Assembly: GCA_002633005.1 (NCBI GenBank) | Contig: NMRA01000203.1 | Coordinates: 218,015 to 282,014, forward strand | From: Phoronis australis | Taxonomy: Eukaryota; Animalia; Phoronida | Reading direction: 5' to 3' | Length of the DNA stretch: 64,000 nucleotides | Shown: one piece after another, positions 12,501-22,809 of the stretch | How the letters are laid out: each line of letters starts with the position of its first letter | Numbering within the stretch: position 1 is the stretch's first letter | The notes under the pieces: model-generated | Database searches by the model: none | Seen by the model: the letters and a program-made list of their open reading frames with translations, nothing else | What the model was told of the DNA's origin: nothing | Translations under genes and position numbers: made by a program

Positions 12501-15500
12501 ACTAAAAATTTTGCATCATGATGGGTAATTGTCCGTATTTCTCTCTAGGAAAATTTCTGACCACAAAGCTGTCAACCACTATCCAATAACCAATGAAACA
12601 CATGATGAAAAGTTCACCCAACATGGCTTTAGGATTATCGCAATGTTGGGATTTGATTTTGAATCGGCATTGCAACAGCAGTCGTACCAAATTTTCAGAC
12701 GACAATGCTAATATAAAATGTGTATTTGCCAATACAAGGTTTTCAGACAATAAGAGAACAGTATTTGCTATAATTAGTTTTGGCATCTAGGCTGTACTGA
12801 TAATTAGTACATTTTTAAGTCTAGGAAATTTGCTATTCCCCGAGCCCAGGGTCTAGTCTTTGTCCTAAAATCTATTTTGTCATTTTTTCTATTCTGCTTT
12901 TGTGCAATCTCAAGATACTTGACTAGTATTTTCTGTTCGTCTATTTTTTGGTTCAAGTATATGAGTTTGTAGTCTAAGTTTGCACATAAAGACCCCTAAA
13001 TTCAAGCTACAAACTCAAGTAAAAACTCAAATTTTGAGAAAAAAATTGAAATTTCAAGTTCAGACTCGAGCTTCTAACGTTAATGCTAGGATCATCAAGT
13101 GTAAATTAAATTTCAACAGTTATTTACGTATGCTTTTGCGTACTCGAGCACAGGATAATAGACACTTATCTTGAGTTCACACAAAAGTAGTAGAAAGTGC
13201 CAAAAATAATTTGCAATTCGATTTTGAGTAAGACTATTAGACCCTGGAAGTTTGGGCCCTCGGTTTTCCAGAGTAGACCCATTTAGACTTGTCAAACAAA
13301 ATGACTGCCAGTGTTTAAGTTCATAAAAAACACAAAAATGTTTTCTCAAGCAGGCAACACCTGTTGTGCAGAAAATGTTAACTTTATCAAATGTTTTAGT
13401 AACCAGATCTGTATTTCACACATCATTCATTAAGAGTAAAACATTAACACACCGATGTAGTGCTGCTATTCTCTCTTCAAGTGGGGTCTTTGGTTATTTG
13501 TCTCTTTGCCCCCATCCTAAAAATCTAGCACAGATCTTTCATATCAACAACCTAGACCCAGATGAACACAATTATCATACTATACCTTTTATACAGAACC
13601 TTAAAATGTACAACATAGAAGGAGGTGTAAATAATCACAGGTAACAGTATAAGACAAGCGGCTCTAGCCAGGAACTCCTTAGCAATACATTTCTGGAAGA
13701 GAAAATAAAGAATTTTAGTTTAATTTAAAAACACTACTGTAAGAAGCTAGAAAATAAGACAAGCCATGAATACAGATACTTTGTAATATGAAATCACATG
13801 CTAGCACAAAATAAGTACCGTTTTACCATCACCATTTTGTATTACGTTTTAACATATTTTCCATAATGTACGATAAAAAAAGTGTTTTGTCTAAGAGTGC
13901 CAACCCATCAACTGTCAGACAGTCACGTAAGAATCCTGCCACGCGGCGACTCACATAGGCCTTACGGAGACAATTGTCAAACAGTTTTTAGCAGATGAGA
14001 CTAGCAAGTGCTCAATAAAATACGTTCTGCTTTACTGCTTGTGCCAATTTCTTGAGACACAATGCACATATAGCTCGTTAGATTGCCTTTACTCTGGCAA
14101 GACTAGTAACAAGCACGCGCTTGCTTACTCACACAAGCATTACGAACTTCCCCGAGTCAAAACTACTTTTATTCTAGCATTCAAGTTGCCATATCCACGC
14201 TTGCAAGGAAGTGATGCATGTTTTCTGTAAATTAATCGTAATTTGACAATAAAATTTGATGGCAATGCACAACAATTTTGTAGAAAGTCTGTCATAGGTT
14301 ACAGATACGTCACACAGCGAATCTTTGCTTCCGATATCACCCGTTTCGGAGACCGGGTTTCAACCGCCTTGGGCTACAATAAGCGGCCCCCTGAAATGAA
14401 TTTTGTAAGTGCCCTGGGCGGTTATTAGGGCGAATACGGTAAGTCCATAACAGATGGCAGCGTGGGCGAAAACTTACCATAGATAGAGTAAGATTTCCTA
14501 GTAGGTCCCAAAGATCACTTATGGTGTTGAATCCAACATACAGAACAACAAATAGACCAACAAACTTCACTCTGAAACAAGCATTAAGAAAAGTTTTAAT
14601 TCTTCCAATCCAATTAATACACAGCAATCCACAATGATAGTTTGGGAACATGTGGTTACAGTACAAAAATTATCCTCATTTCAACAAAGGTGAGAGTTTC
14701 ACATCCGCAACAGTTCAGGACACAATTTGGCGGAAAAGTACATCCGCTTTGTTCAGTTTCTCAACAAATGAGAATATGTCGAATAACAGAATTAGTATTA
14801 CTTTATGGTTTACAGCTGTCACTAATCAACATTATTTGGTAAAAAAATTAAGAATTGAGCAGCACTGTTACAGAACTAAAACTTTAAAAATCAGAAAACG
14901 TCAAATTTAATAATGTCACAGATTGAATTTTTTAAGTCTGACAATATCACTTACCCCATTGCAGATGCTATTGCAAAACCAGTGAATGCAAGCCAGAACC
15001 ACCAGCTAGTTGAAAATGGCCTGAAAACAAAATCTGGCTTGCATAACGAGAGCATTCATTACCAAAATGATGTCCTTCAACATCCATTACATTGTATAAT
15101 TACATTGTATAATTACATTGTATAATTACATTGTATAATTACATAGTACAATTAGGACAGATTTCTTAAACAGAAATAAATCAATACTGAATATAATCAA
15201 TTTAAATTTTTTGCACAATTCAAATTCTTGACCTGTATAATTTTGACTTGAGAGTTACATTTTTCAAGGGATTAATTTGTCTAATTTGTTGCATTTTCAT
15301 ATTCCAACAAGTTAAACCACCCCCTATTGATAAGCCCCAACACCACCTTGCTTCCAAGACTAAAAACAGTACAAATGGCCAGTAGATGGCGCAAAATATG
15401 TCAAATCTATTCGAAAACAGGAACATGTCCTCGTTTCAATAGAAACCTATTTAACAAAAAAAATCATAAAAATCTGATAAACAGCTTCAGAGAAACAGAT

Positions 15501-18500
15501 TAAAACGGAAAAAAAAGAAATTGCCATTAGGGGACACAGTGTTTGTAAGATCCGTTTGAAAGCCGTCATTGTTCGTTGTCAACTTCATAAAAATACACTT
15601 GCTAAGTTTAATAAAGATCTTGCAGAGGGTTTAGGAGATACAGCCATGGGTGCAAAAACAAATAAAATGGAAAATCGTCAGCTGCTCTCTTCACACTAGG
15701 AACATACATGCTAATTTTCAAAATCATCCCTAGAGTGGTTTGGTTGACAGAGGGGTGGATGCTAAAAAACAGACTCGAAAACAGTAAAAATGGCCAGCAA
15801 TGGGCGTAAAAAAACAAAACTGCCACTAGGAGGTGCCACAGTAGTCGAGGTCATCGGAAAATCATCGTCAGCCCTCTTCTTCACATTAGGAACATAGATG
15901 TCAATTACCACAACCATCCTTAAAGTGGTTTAGTTGACATAGAGGCAGACACGAAAACACAGACTCGAAAGCAGTAAAAACAGCCACTAGGTGGCGCAAA
16001 ATACCTCTCAAATCCATCCGAAAACTGGATGATACCGTCACCCCACTAATAAATGCGTATCTTCCAAATTTTATGAAAATGTGTTGAGGACCTTTGAAAA
16101 TACAGAGGGAGGTAAATGTAAAAAAACTAAAAATTGCCATTAGGAGACAAACCAGAAGACTAGTCTGATCCGTCCACCAGAAAGTCGTCGTGGTGTGTTA
16201 CAAACTTTATATAAATACACTTGCAAAATTTAATAAAGATCCTGTAGAGCGTTTAGGAGATACAGCCATGGGCGCAAAAACAAATAAAATGGAAAATCGT
16301 CAGCTGCTCTCTTCACATTAGGAACATACATGCTAATTTTCACAATCATCCCTAGAGTGGTTTGGTTGACAGAGGGGTGGATGCTAACAAACAGACTCGA
16401 AAACAGTAAAAATGGCCACTAGGTGGTGCAAAGTACCTCGAATCCATTTGAAAACAGAAGGATAGTGTCATCTCACTAACACATGTCTAACTGCCACATT
16501 TACGAAAATTCCATTTGAGGGCCTCTGAAGATAAGGAGGTTAACACAAAAACTTAAAATTGCCATTAGGGGACACACTGGTAGTCTAAAAGGTCTGAAAT
16601 TTGCTGTCATCCGTCCTCAGCTTCATAGGAACACATCTGTCACATCTCACCAAGATCCTGTGAGGGGTTTAAGAGATACAGCTGCAGACGCCGGACAAGA
16701 GATGATGGCAATATGCACCCACATGTAAGTATGTGAGCCCATAAAAATGCTGTTACAGTTTTCTAAATTATTTCTTTTTCGTTTTGTTCAATTCTTTACA
16801 CATTTTATAGCCCCTCATCCAAAAGTGGAATGTTTTGAAAATTTCCTAACTGCATGTGGAGAACAGAGCACAAAACATAATCTAAAAGTGAATCCAATCA
16901 GCCATTTCTAACAGATAATGTTCTGAACTTGGGACATTATTCTTGGGTCCTCTTTAACCTTCAGTCATCTACCAAAACAAGAAACATTTTGATTAACTAC
17001 TCACTTGTCCGAGTAAGCCTTGAATTTAGTCACGCCTACCACAGATAATATAATGGTAAACAATAGCCACTGGTCTAACAGAATGTACTGAGATATTGTG
17101 ATCATACCAGAGTCTGCAATAAATTGGAAAACAGTCATACTCATGGTTATCCTAAGAGAATGTACTGAGATATTGTGATCATACCAAAGTCTGCAATAAA
17201 TAGGAAAACAGTCATACTCATGGTTATCCTAAGAGAATGTACTGAGATATTGTGATCATACCAGAGTCTGCAATAAATAGGAAAACAGTCATACTCATGG
17301 TTATCCTAAGAAAGCAAGCTGAACATTAAGAAACTAAGTATACAGTCACAACCAAAGCAATCAGTTATACTTACCCAAAATACCTCGTCATATCAGTTGG
17401 GAGAAAGTGGCATCCATTGTCATAACATCTGTCAGTCATGATGGGGCATTTAATCAAATTTGACAAAGTGGAAATGCTAGGACTTAGTCATCCCGCAGTG
17501 ACATATCAGCCCCAATCCTTTCGGCTATTTAGTTGCCATATTAGGTTGACTATATCTTAACTGTTGGTGTGCATAGTATACAGAAAATGAGAAAGCACAT
17601 GGATCAGAAGGCCCTTCCCAAACAGCATGCAGTTAGAATAAAACCAAACACCACCGACTGTAGTTCTCAAAAAAGTTGACGATATTCCTTCTCATCAAAA
17701 ATCGCTGAAATTTAGAATTCAAATTTAGGGCTAACTATCAAATCAATTAGTGTTATTTTACGACTCTGATTTCTTTCTGAGTTTTAGCCATAACTGCATC
17801 GAACCAGACGAATTTTGACGAAAATTGACAACCATTATTTGAAAACTGTTGTACAAAGAATTTTGCCATTCAAGCTTTACTGTCTGTAAAATGTATGGAC
17901 AAACAATAGTAGAAACAGCATCAGCTAACTATGAGCTCTATTAGTGAATTTAACAATGGCACACACCTACCCAAGATTAACAAAACTGCAGTTAAACCAG
18001 CAGCCAGCATAGAGGCACTAAGAAGATAAACAGTCTCAAAACACAGTGGAACAACAAAGGATCCCACGCAAGCACATATCTGGAAAGGAAAAGTTTCAAC
18101 TATAAGATGTGCAGAACAACATTACACCAAACCAATAAATGGACCAATCTTTCTCAAAGAAGCCTAGTACAGGGACACATTACAAAGAACTAAAATATTC
18201 TATAGCAAAAGAATACTTGGAAAAACATCTAATGAGTTTGTAGACTTAAGTTTTAATAAAACCTGACCAATTTACAGCGGACAAGTGGAATTTTGTATTT
18301 TCAGTTTTTAAAAAAAAGTAAATAGCAAAAAATATCTCTACCTTTTGATTTTCATACCATACTCATCAAACAATGTTTTGAGAAAGTGTGGGAATTCACA
18401 ACGATGTTGAAGCCTTAGAAAAAATGAAAAAAGGACATTTTTTTCAAAACTGTTGAGATTTCATAAAACTCAAATGATTCAAGTGACCCCAATTAAGAAA

Positions 18501-21500
18501 CTGATAATAAAATAATAATATCATTGAATTGATAACTACACTTACCAGAACAAACAAGACTCAATAACATCAAGTTTTATATTACTGAAAAGAAGTTTAT
18601 CAATTATCTCATGAAAAAATTGTTACAGGAAAATTTAAAAATTTAAATGTTTACTGGGAATTACTTGAAAATTTTAAGCAATGTTTCATGTGCCATTACT
18701 GGCTTTTCAAGCCTTGCCGTGTGTTGACCTTGAGAAGAACGACCAGAAACAGTCGCAACATATTGCAGATGTGGGAACAGTTCTTACTCAAAGTTCCATT
18801 TGGCTCAAGATTGACACATGGCAGAAGCTCAAAGAAGTCAACAAAACATTGGTTAAAATTCTCAAGTAAGCCCAGTAAAGATTTAAAATTCCTCTGTAAA
18901 TAGTTTTAAAAAATTTCAACGTAAACTTAAAGCATAATGAGATCCTAAAATTTCGAATTTCTTCAGAAGATATAGACTTAGCACTATCAACGAGAGGCAA
19001 CTTGAATCATCCCAAACATAGAAATATCAAAGGTACATACCATACGCATCCCTAGAAACTGTGTGTAATCCCCATATTTCTCACCAGGCTTTCCAAACGG
19101 AAAGGTGCCATTGTATCCAGTCACAATACCAGAGAGTCCAATCATCATCTGTTGAGACATAGGTTGGTATGTTTGATATAGATACATGCCATAGCAGAAT
19201 TGACCAAACTGATTAGCAGTTCCTGCAACTTCCATTAGATCAGTGATGAGGGGTAGACAAGGATAAAACTTAATGGATCAGTGATGAGGGGTAGACAAGG
19301 ATAAAACTTAATGGATCAGTGATGAGGGGTAGACAAGGATAAAACTTAATGGATCAGTGATGAGGGGTAGACAAGGATACAACTTAATAGATCAGTGATG
19401 AGGGGTAGACAAGGATACAATTTAATAGATCAGTGATGAGGGGTAGACAAGGATACAATTTAATAGATCAGTGATGAGGAGTAGACAAGGATACAGGGAT
19501 GTCAGAATAGTCAAAAACATCCGAAAATCAACATCAGCCAGTGCCTTCGCATCAGAACCGCAATTTTCATAAACGTTCTTTAAGTGGTTTGGCAGATAAA
19601 GAGACAGACGTCAAAAACATACTTATGCAAAAAATTTTAAATGACCACAAGGTGGCACAGAAAACGTCAAATCTGCCTGAAAATGAGAAGACATTGTCAT
19701 CTCCTTCATAGAAAACTAGTTACAAATTTCTTGAAATTCATGAACTCCAAAGATACCTGAGGTAAACGCAATTTCATTTTGCAACTAGGGTCACAGTGGT
19801 ACTTGGATTAGTTCGACATTTGTTGCCATTTGTCATCAGCTAAATAGAAACACATCTTTCAAATTTCACATTCCTTCAAACGGTTAAAGACATTCTGGCA
19901 CAGATACAGAAAACGGACGTAAAAATAACAAGGTGGCATAAAATTCGTCAAATCCATCTGAAAATGGAATGGCATCATCACCTCTATATTAAAAACCTAT
20001 TTGCCAAATTTCCTGAAAATCCATCAAGGAACTCTGAAGATACAGAGGCAAATGTAAAAAGCTAAAATTGTCACTATGGGGCACAGTGGTATTTGGGTTG
20101 GTCTGAAACTTGTCATCTGTGGTCAGCCACATAGGAACACATCTGCCAAATTTCAGTAAGATCATGCTAGGACTTTTGGAAATATAGCCGCAGACACCGG
20201 ACGCCCAGACAGAGATGACGGCAATATGCCCCCACATATAAATACGTGGGTGCATAAAAAGTGTTCATAAATTCAGATATATGTACATTAACAAATTAAA
20301 TGTTACTGATTTATAACACGAAAGCAAGGTAAGCGAATAATAAAGAGACTGGATGTTAATTACGTCATGAAAAAGAATGCTACGACTTCACCTTTAACAC
20401 AGTATTATTACCTTAGCTAAGGGTGGATGGACGTCAAAGAAAAATTCATTCTTAATATACCATGATCCCATCTTCCCAAAGTGCGTTTCATCCCAGCTGG
20501 AAAACAACATATCAATTTATAAATACTCAGTAGAAAATGTCTAGCAATCTTTAAACAAAAATTATTTTAAATCCCAACCTGGTTAGGCTATATGATAACA
20601 ATTTTTATATTTGTTTCCATGCACATACAACGTTAATGAATCCTGCTTCTTTGTGCACCACAATTCCTTCAGTGTTCCTACTGCATAAAGCAATTCACAG
20701 TCTCACAAGGGGTAACTGTCTGCAGGGGCGGATCCAGGATTTTGAGTTAGGGGGGGGGGCATGGCAGATTATTAGCCAGGATTTTGCCCGTCAGACATTC
20801 GCACCCCCCATCTGACAAATGTAAACTGGGAGAATTTTAGGGGGGGGGGTATGGCCCCCTCTAAATCTGCCACTGGTCTGTCACACCACCCAGAAATATC
20901 CCAGAGGCATTTTTGTTTCATTCTGTGTGCAATGAGGAAATGGTGCCAGAGAGATAAATCGGGCAGAAAAGCACAAGAAATTCCAATACAACATAATAAA
21001 TAACACAATAAAAATGAGACATTCGGATGCTGAGACCGAACAAGGCTTCAAAAACTAGGATGGTCATGCCAAAAGTGGGACAGCACAAGCGTTGAGTTTG
21101 AGTTTAGGTCAAGTTCTTCTCTGAGCAAAGCCATAGAGAACATTTACAACAGTATTATTCACAGCTATGTGATATCCTTCCCCAATGCATGACCATCCAT
21201 AAAGCAAATTATGGTTGAGTGCATATAACATTCATTCCCAGTTTGTAGGTGTGGGTTGATTCAGTCACTGTACCCCGGGCCTAGGCAATGACCATCGCCT
21301 CTGTTGGCCCGAAGCAGAGGCGATGTAGAGGCTATAGGCGCTCTGTACGCCGGAAGCTTTTCGGCGAATTATGCCTCGCACCGACTAAACCATCAAAGTC
21401 ACGTTATTACAACTACCTTTTGCGCATAGAGGAACACCTTAGGAGGTTGTCGGTGTGTTTAATTCCTTCCAACTCGAACAAATACTCCCATTATGAAACT

Positions 21501-22458
21501 TTTTCTTCGAGCAGTCCCTATTTCAGTTCCCAAAATCGTGAACTCAACTTTTTTATACTGCGCACGCTCCAATTCATTACCTCAATCTTTAAATAGGCCA
21601 AAGGTGAGCCATTGCGGTCTTGGCAGTCAAATGTTCGTTTCCAAAATGCCACCACTTATACTTGTCTTTAATTGGCGTTACTTGAAACTGATTGTATTTC
21701 AATGAATCATTGTTTGTATTTGATAAAAACAAATGCTGTTGATATGACATTTAATAGTCTTTTTGCACATATTTGACATTTTAATGTTTAACAACACGGC
21801 AAATGCACGGCTGGTTCCCGGCAGCACGTACGCGAAGGGCGGGAACTTCAGCTTTCAAAGTTCGCCGGTAGGTCCGCAACTTCTGACCTTCGGCCTGGTT
21901 AAAAAAATGAAAAAGTTGAGTTCACGATTTTGGGAACTGAAATAGGGACTGCTCGAAGAAAAAGTTTCATAACGGGAGTATTTGTTCGAGTTGGAAGGAA
22001 TTAAACACATCGACAACCTCCTAAGGTGTTCCTCTATGCGCAAAAGGTATTTGTAACAACGTGACTTTGATGGTTCAGTCGGTGCGAGGCATAATTCGCC
22101 GAAAAGCTTCCGGCGTACAGAGCGCCTATAGCCTCTACATCGCCTCTGTTGGGCCAACAGAGGCGATGGTCATTGCCTACCCCGGGCCCTGAGCATACCA
22201 TATGTGATCGGGTTCTTCAATTCTAAACAGCCTTGATGCTAACGTCACCAGTGTCACTGTAAATAGTACGAGAACTCGGGACATGCATTTCGGTGTGGAG
22301 GTCGGGCACGACTCCTCCTTCTTATCTAATACGTCGCCAACATCTTTTGACAGCATCAGAATCGGACTGGCCGTTTCCGTCTTTTTATCAGCCGTTTTAC
22401 ACGTATCATTTAGCTTGAAACTCGGGATAGCAAGGGTCGGCTTTGACTTCTTAGTCAT
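489..22458 (-). CDS. POMT2: Protein O-mannosyltransferase 2, spliced gene (16 coding exons in window, 3' end outside window)
   Basis: Exons join in frame with GT-AG sites over 1728 nt. Motifs include [39 protein letters not shown]-domain YLHSH/NLHSH and PWQWPLNY. Confidence 0.97.
2090..2190. repeat. ~20-bp tandem repeat, ~5 copies
   Basis: Unit agagattaccatatttgttt. Confidence 0.85.
2636..2845. repeat. ~29-30-bp minisatellite, ~7 copies
   Basis: Unit actgtaactaataccatacaccc(c)tcatga. Confidence 0.92.
3021..3097 (-). CDS. POMT2: POMT2 exon 15
   Basis: [26 protein letters not shown]. Confidence 0.95.
3543..3880. mobile_element. MITE (PIF/Harbinger-like GGG...CCC ends) with internal 17-bp tandem
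   Basis: Imperfect TIRs gggttttgtttcacgaaa / tttcatgaatcagacccc; related copy in opposite orientation at ~9149-9437. Confidence 0.6.
3978..4066 (-). CDS. POMT2: POMT2 exon 14
   Basis: [29 protein letters not shown]. Confidence 0.95.
4574..5800 (-). mobile_element. Helentron-associated non-autonomous element (HINE-like), family B
   Basis: Terminal inverted repeat cttggcgaaataaatttcgccaag, subTIR copy acttggcgaaatt near the other end, 3' palindrome cgctccgaggagcg, internal (GAT/GAC)n microsatellite. Confidence 0.7.
5815..5895. repeat. 20-bp tandem repeat, 4 copies
   Basis: Unit cattaattactacagtagtc. Confidence 0.9.
5933..6084 (-). CDS. POMT2: POMT2 exon 13
   Basis: [13 protein letters not shown]...[11 protein letters not shown]. 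Confidence 0.95.
7110..7188 (-). CDS. POMT2: POMT2 exon 12
   Basis: [26 protein letters not shown]. Confidence 0.95.
7338..7410 (+). mobile_element. tRNA-derived SINE head or tRNA pseudogene
   Basis: A-box-like tagctcagtgtaagagc, stem ctaga/tctag with 7-nt loop, B-box gttcgattcc; acceptor stem does not pair well. Confidence 0.55.
7466..8043 (-). mobile_element. Degenerate HINE-like element
   Basis: aacaag terminus, ccactaggaggtgc motif, gccaaatttcaccaagat motif shared with the other HINE-like copies. Confidence 0.45.
8281..8408 (-). CDS. POMT2: POMT2 exon 11
   Basis: [42 protein letters not shown]. Confidence 0.95.
8957..9066 (-). CDS. POMT2: POMT2 exon 10 (MIR domain start)
   Basis: [36 protein letters not shown]. 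Confidence 0.96.
9149..9437. mobile_element. MITE, same family as 3543-3880
   Basis: Shared aaatttggtcttg and ttaagtc subterminal blocks in inverted orientation. Confidence 0.6.
9520..9830. mobile_element. Penelope-like terminal repeat relic in inverted arrangement
   Basis: ~60-bp segment 9521-9583 recurs inverted at ~9764-9826; contains a hammerhead motif; small palindromic insert at 9710-9762. Confidence 0.55.
9553..9594 (-). ncRNA. Minimal type I hammerhead ribozyme motif
   Basis: Minus strand reads CTT-CTGAGGA-TGGTGGTTTAATAAACGCC-GAAAC-AT-GTC-AAG: CUGANGA and GAAA core, GUC site, short stems. Confidence 0.6.
10140..11810 (-). mobile_element. HINE-like element family A with internal ~150-bp satellite array
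   Basis: Ends match the other copies: tttt(a)tgcgcccacatatttat...gtgg 5' hairpin and caacgctccgcgttgctcttgtt-type 3' hairpin; ccactagrkggc motif every ~150 bp. Confidence 0.8.
11864..11969. repeat. 53-bp direct tandem duplication spanning the POMT2 exon 9 donor
   Basis: ccaattcacagcaacacacatacttaccagcaggcatacttgcattatttaga x2. Confidence 0.95.
11944..12026 (-). CDS. POMT2: POMT2 exon 9
   Basis: [27 protein letters not shown]; its donor is duplicated by a 53-bp tandem repeat. Confidence 0.96.
13586..13692 (-). CDS. POMT2: POMT2 exon 8
   Basis: [36 protein letters not shown]. Confidence 0.94.
14478..14571 (-). CDS. POMT2: POMT2 exon 7
   Basis: [31 protein letters not shown]. Confidence 0.96.
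14955..15020 (-). CDS. POMT2: POMT2 exon 6
   Basis: [22 protein letters not shown]. Confidence 0.95.
15087..15150. repeat. 13-bp tandem repeat, ~5 copies
   Basis: Unit attacattgtata. Confidence 0.88.
15306..16746 (-). mobile_element. HINE-like element family A
   Basis: Same 5' end (cacccacatgtaagtatgtgagcccataaaaa on +) and same monomers as 10140-11810. Confidence 0.75.
17005..17113 (-). CDS. POMT2: POMT2 exon 5
   Basis: [37 protein letters not shown]; its acceptor is triplicated by a 77-bp tandem repeat. Confidence 0.93.
17080..17310. repeat. 77-bp tandem triplication spanning the POMT2 exon 5 acceptor
   Basis: gaatgtactgagat... starts at 17081, 17158 and 17235. Confidence 0.95.
17971..18079 (-). 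CDS. POMT2: POMT2 exon 4
   Basis: [36 protein letters not shown]. Confidence 0.93.
19041..19148 (-). CDS. POMT2: POMT2 exon 3
   Basis: [36 protein letters not shown]. Confidence 0.95.
19236..19493. repeat. 38-bp minisatellite, ~7 copies
   Basis: Unit gatcagtgatgaggggtagacaaggataaaacttaatg. Confidence 0.95.
19560..20260 (-). mobile_element. HINE-like element family A, truncated and diverged
   Basis: 5' end cccacatataaatacgtgggtgcataaaaa on +; diverged monomers. Confidence 0.7.
20412..20496 (-). CDS. POMT2: POMT2 exon 2
   Basis: [28 protein letters not shown]; ccag|...|gtaata. Confidence 0.97.
20723..20875. mobile_element. Short hAT-like non-autonomous element with 5-bp TSD
   Basis: caggggcggat...atctgccactg flanked by gtctg on both sides. 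Confidence 0.75.
21282..22179. mobile_element. Foldback-type TIR element (~275-bp arms, TAG...CTA ends, 9-bp TSD); AcademH-like or Mutator-like
   Basis: Near-identical inverted arms; TSD ccccgggcc at 21273-21281 and 22180-22188; small hairpin catcgcctctg...cagaggcgatg within each arm. Confidence 0.9.
22199..22458 (-). CDS. POMT2: POMT2 coding exon 1
   Basis: MTKKSK...TM helix...[11 protein letters not shown](C); donor TG|gtatgc. Confidence 0.9.
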
Positions 22459-22791
22459 TTTGACTGGTAATAAATAAATAGATAGAGGTATACACGATTA
22501 CAGGATAACTAGAGCAGTTGTGCAAACTTGAAACTTGAAGTGTTGACGACGCACCCCGCCTCGACGCTCACGCTCGACGCTGAGGTATTATAGAAACAAC
22601 CTTGACCTTCAACTAAGTTAGTAGCAATGTACAGTTTTATTTAATGATAGCTGTGTCTATTAATTTTTATTTCACATAGTTTGTACCAATATGGCATATT
22701 TTCTCTTCGTTCACGAGGACATGTGCAACAAAAAGGCGCATTATTAAGTTAGAACGCAGACCTTGAAACTTTGTGGCTTGCAATTAACAAA
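22459..22791. promoter_or_regulatory. Putative bidirectional promoter/5'UTR region between POMT2 and GSTZ1
   Basis: 333 bp separate the two divergent ATGs; locally CpG-richer patch at ~22545-22580. Function inferred from geometry only. Confidence 0.7.
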
Positions 22792-22809
22792 ATGGCAGCT
22801 ACTTGTAAG
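22792..22809 (+). CDS. GSTZ1: GSTZ1 exon 1 (MAATCK)
   Basis: aaaATGG context and AAG|gtgaga phase-0 donor that fits exon 2; parallels the short MQAGK first exon of human GSTZ1. Confidence 0.8.

Noticed and set aside
19236-19493. CRISPR-like or C/D snoRNA array (GTGATGA motif)
   Set aside because: Units are contiguous with no unique spacers, no D box on the same strand, no cas genes, and the context is a eukaryotic intron
21288-22157. Pair of similar ~100-aa ORFs on opposite strands
   Set aside because: They are the two arms of a non-coding foldback element
22464-22570. Possible POMT2 5'UTR intron (ttaccag just before the ATG, gtgagc donor)
   Set aside because: Plausible, but cannot be distinguished from chance without transcript data
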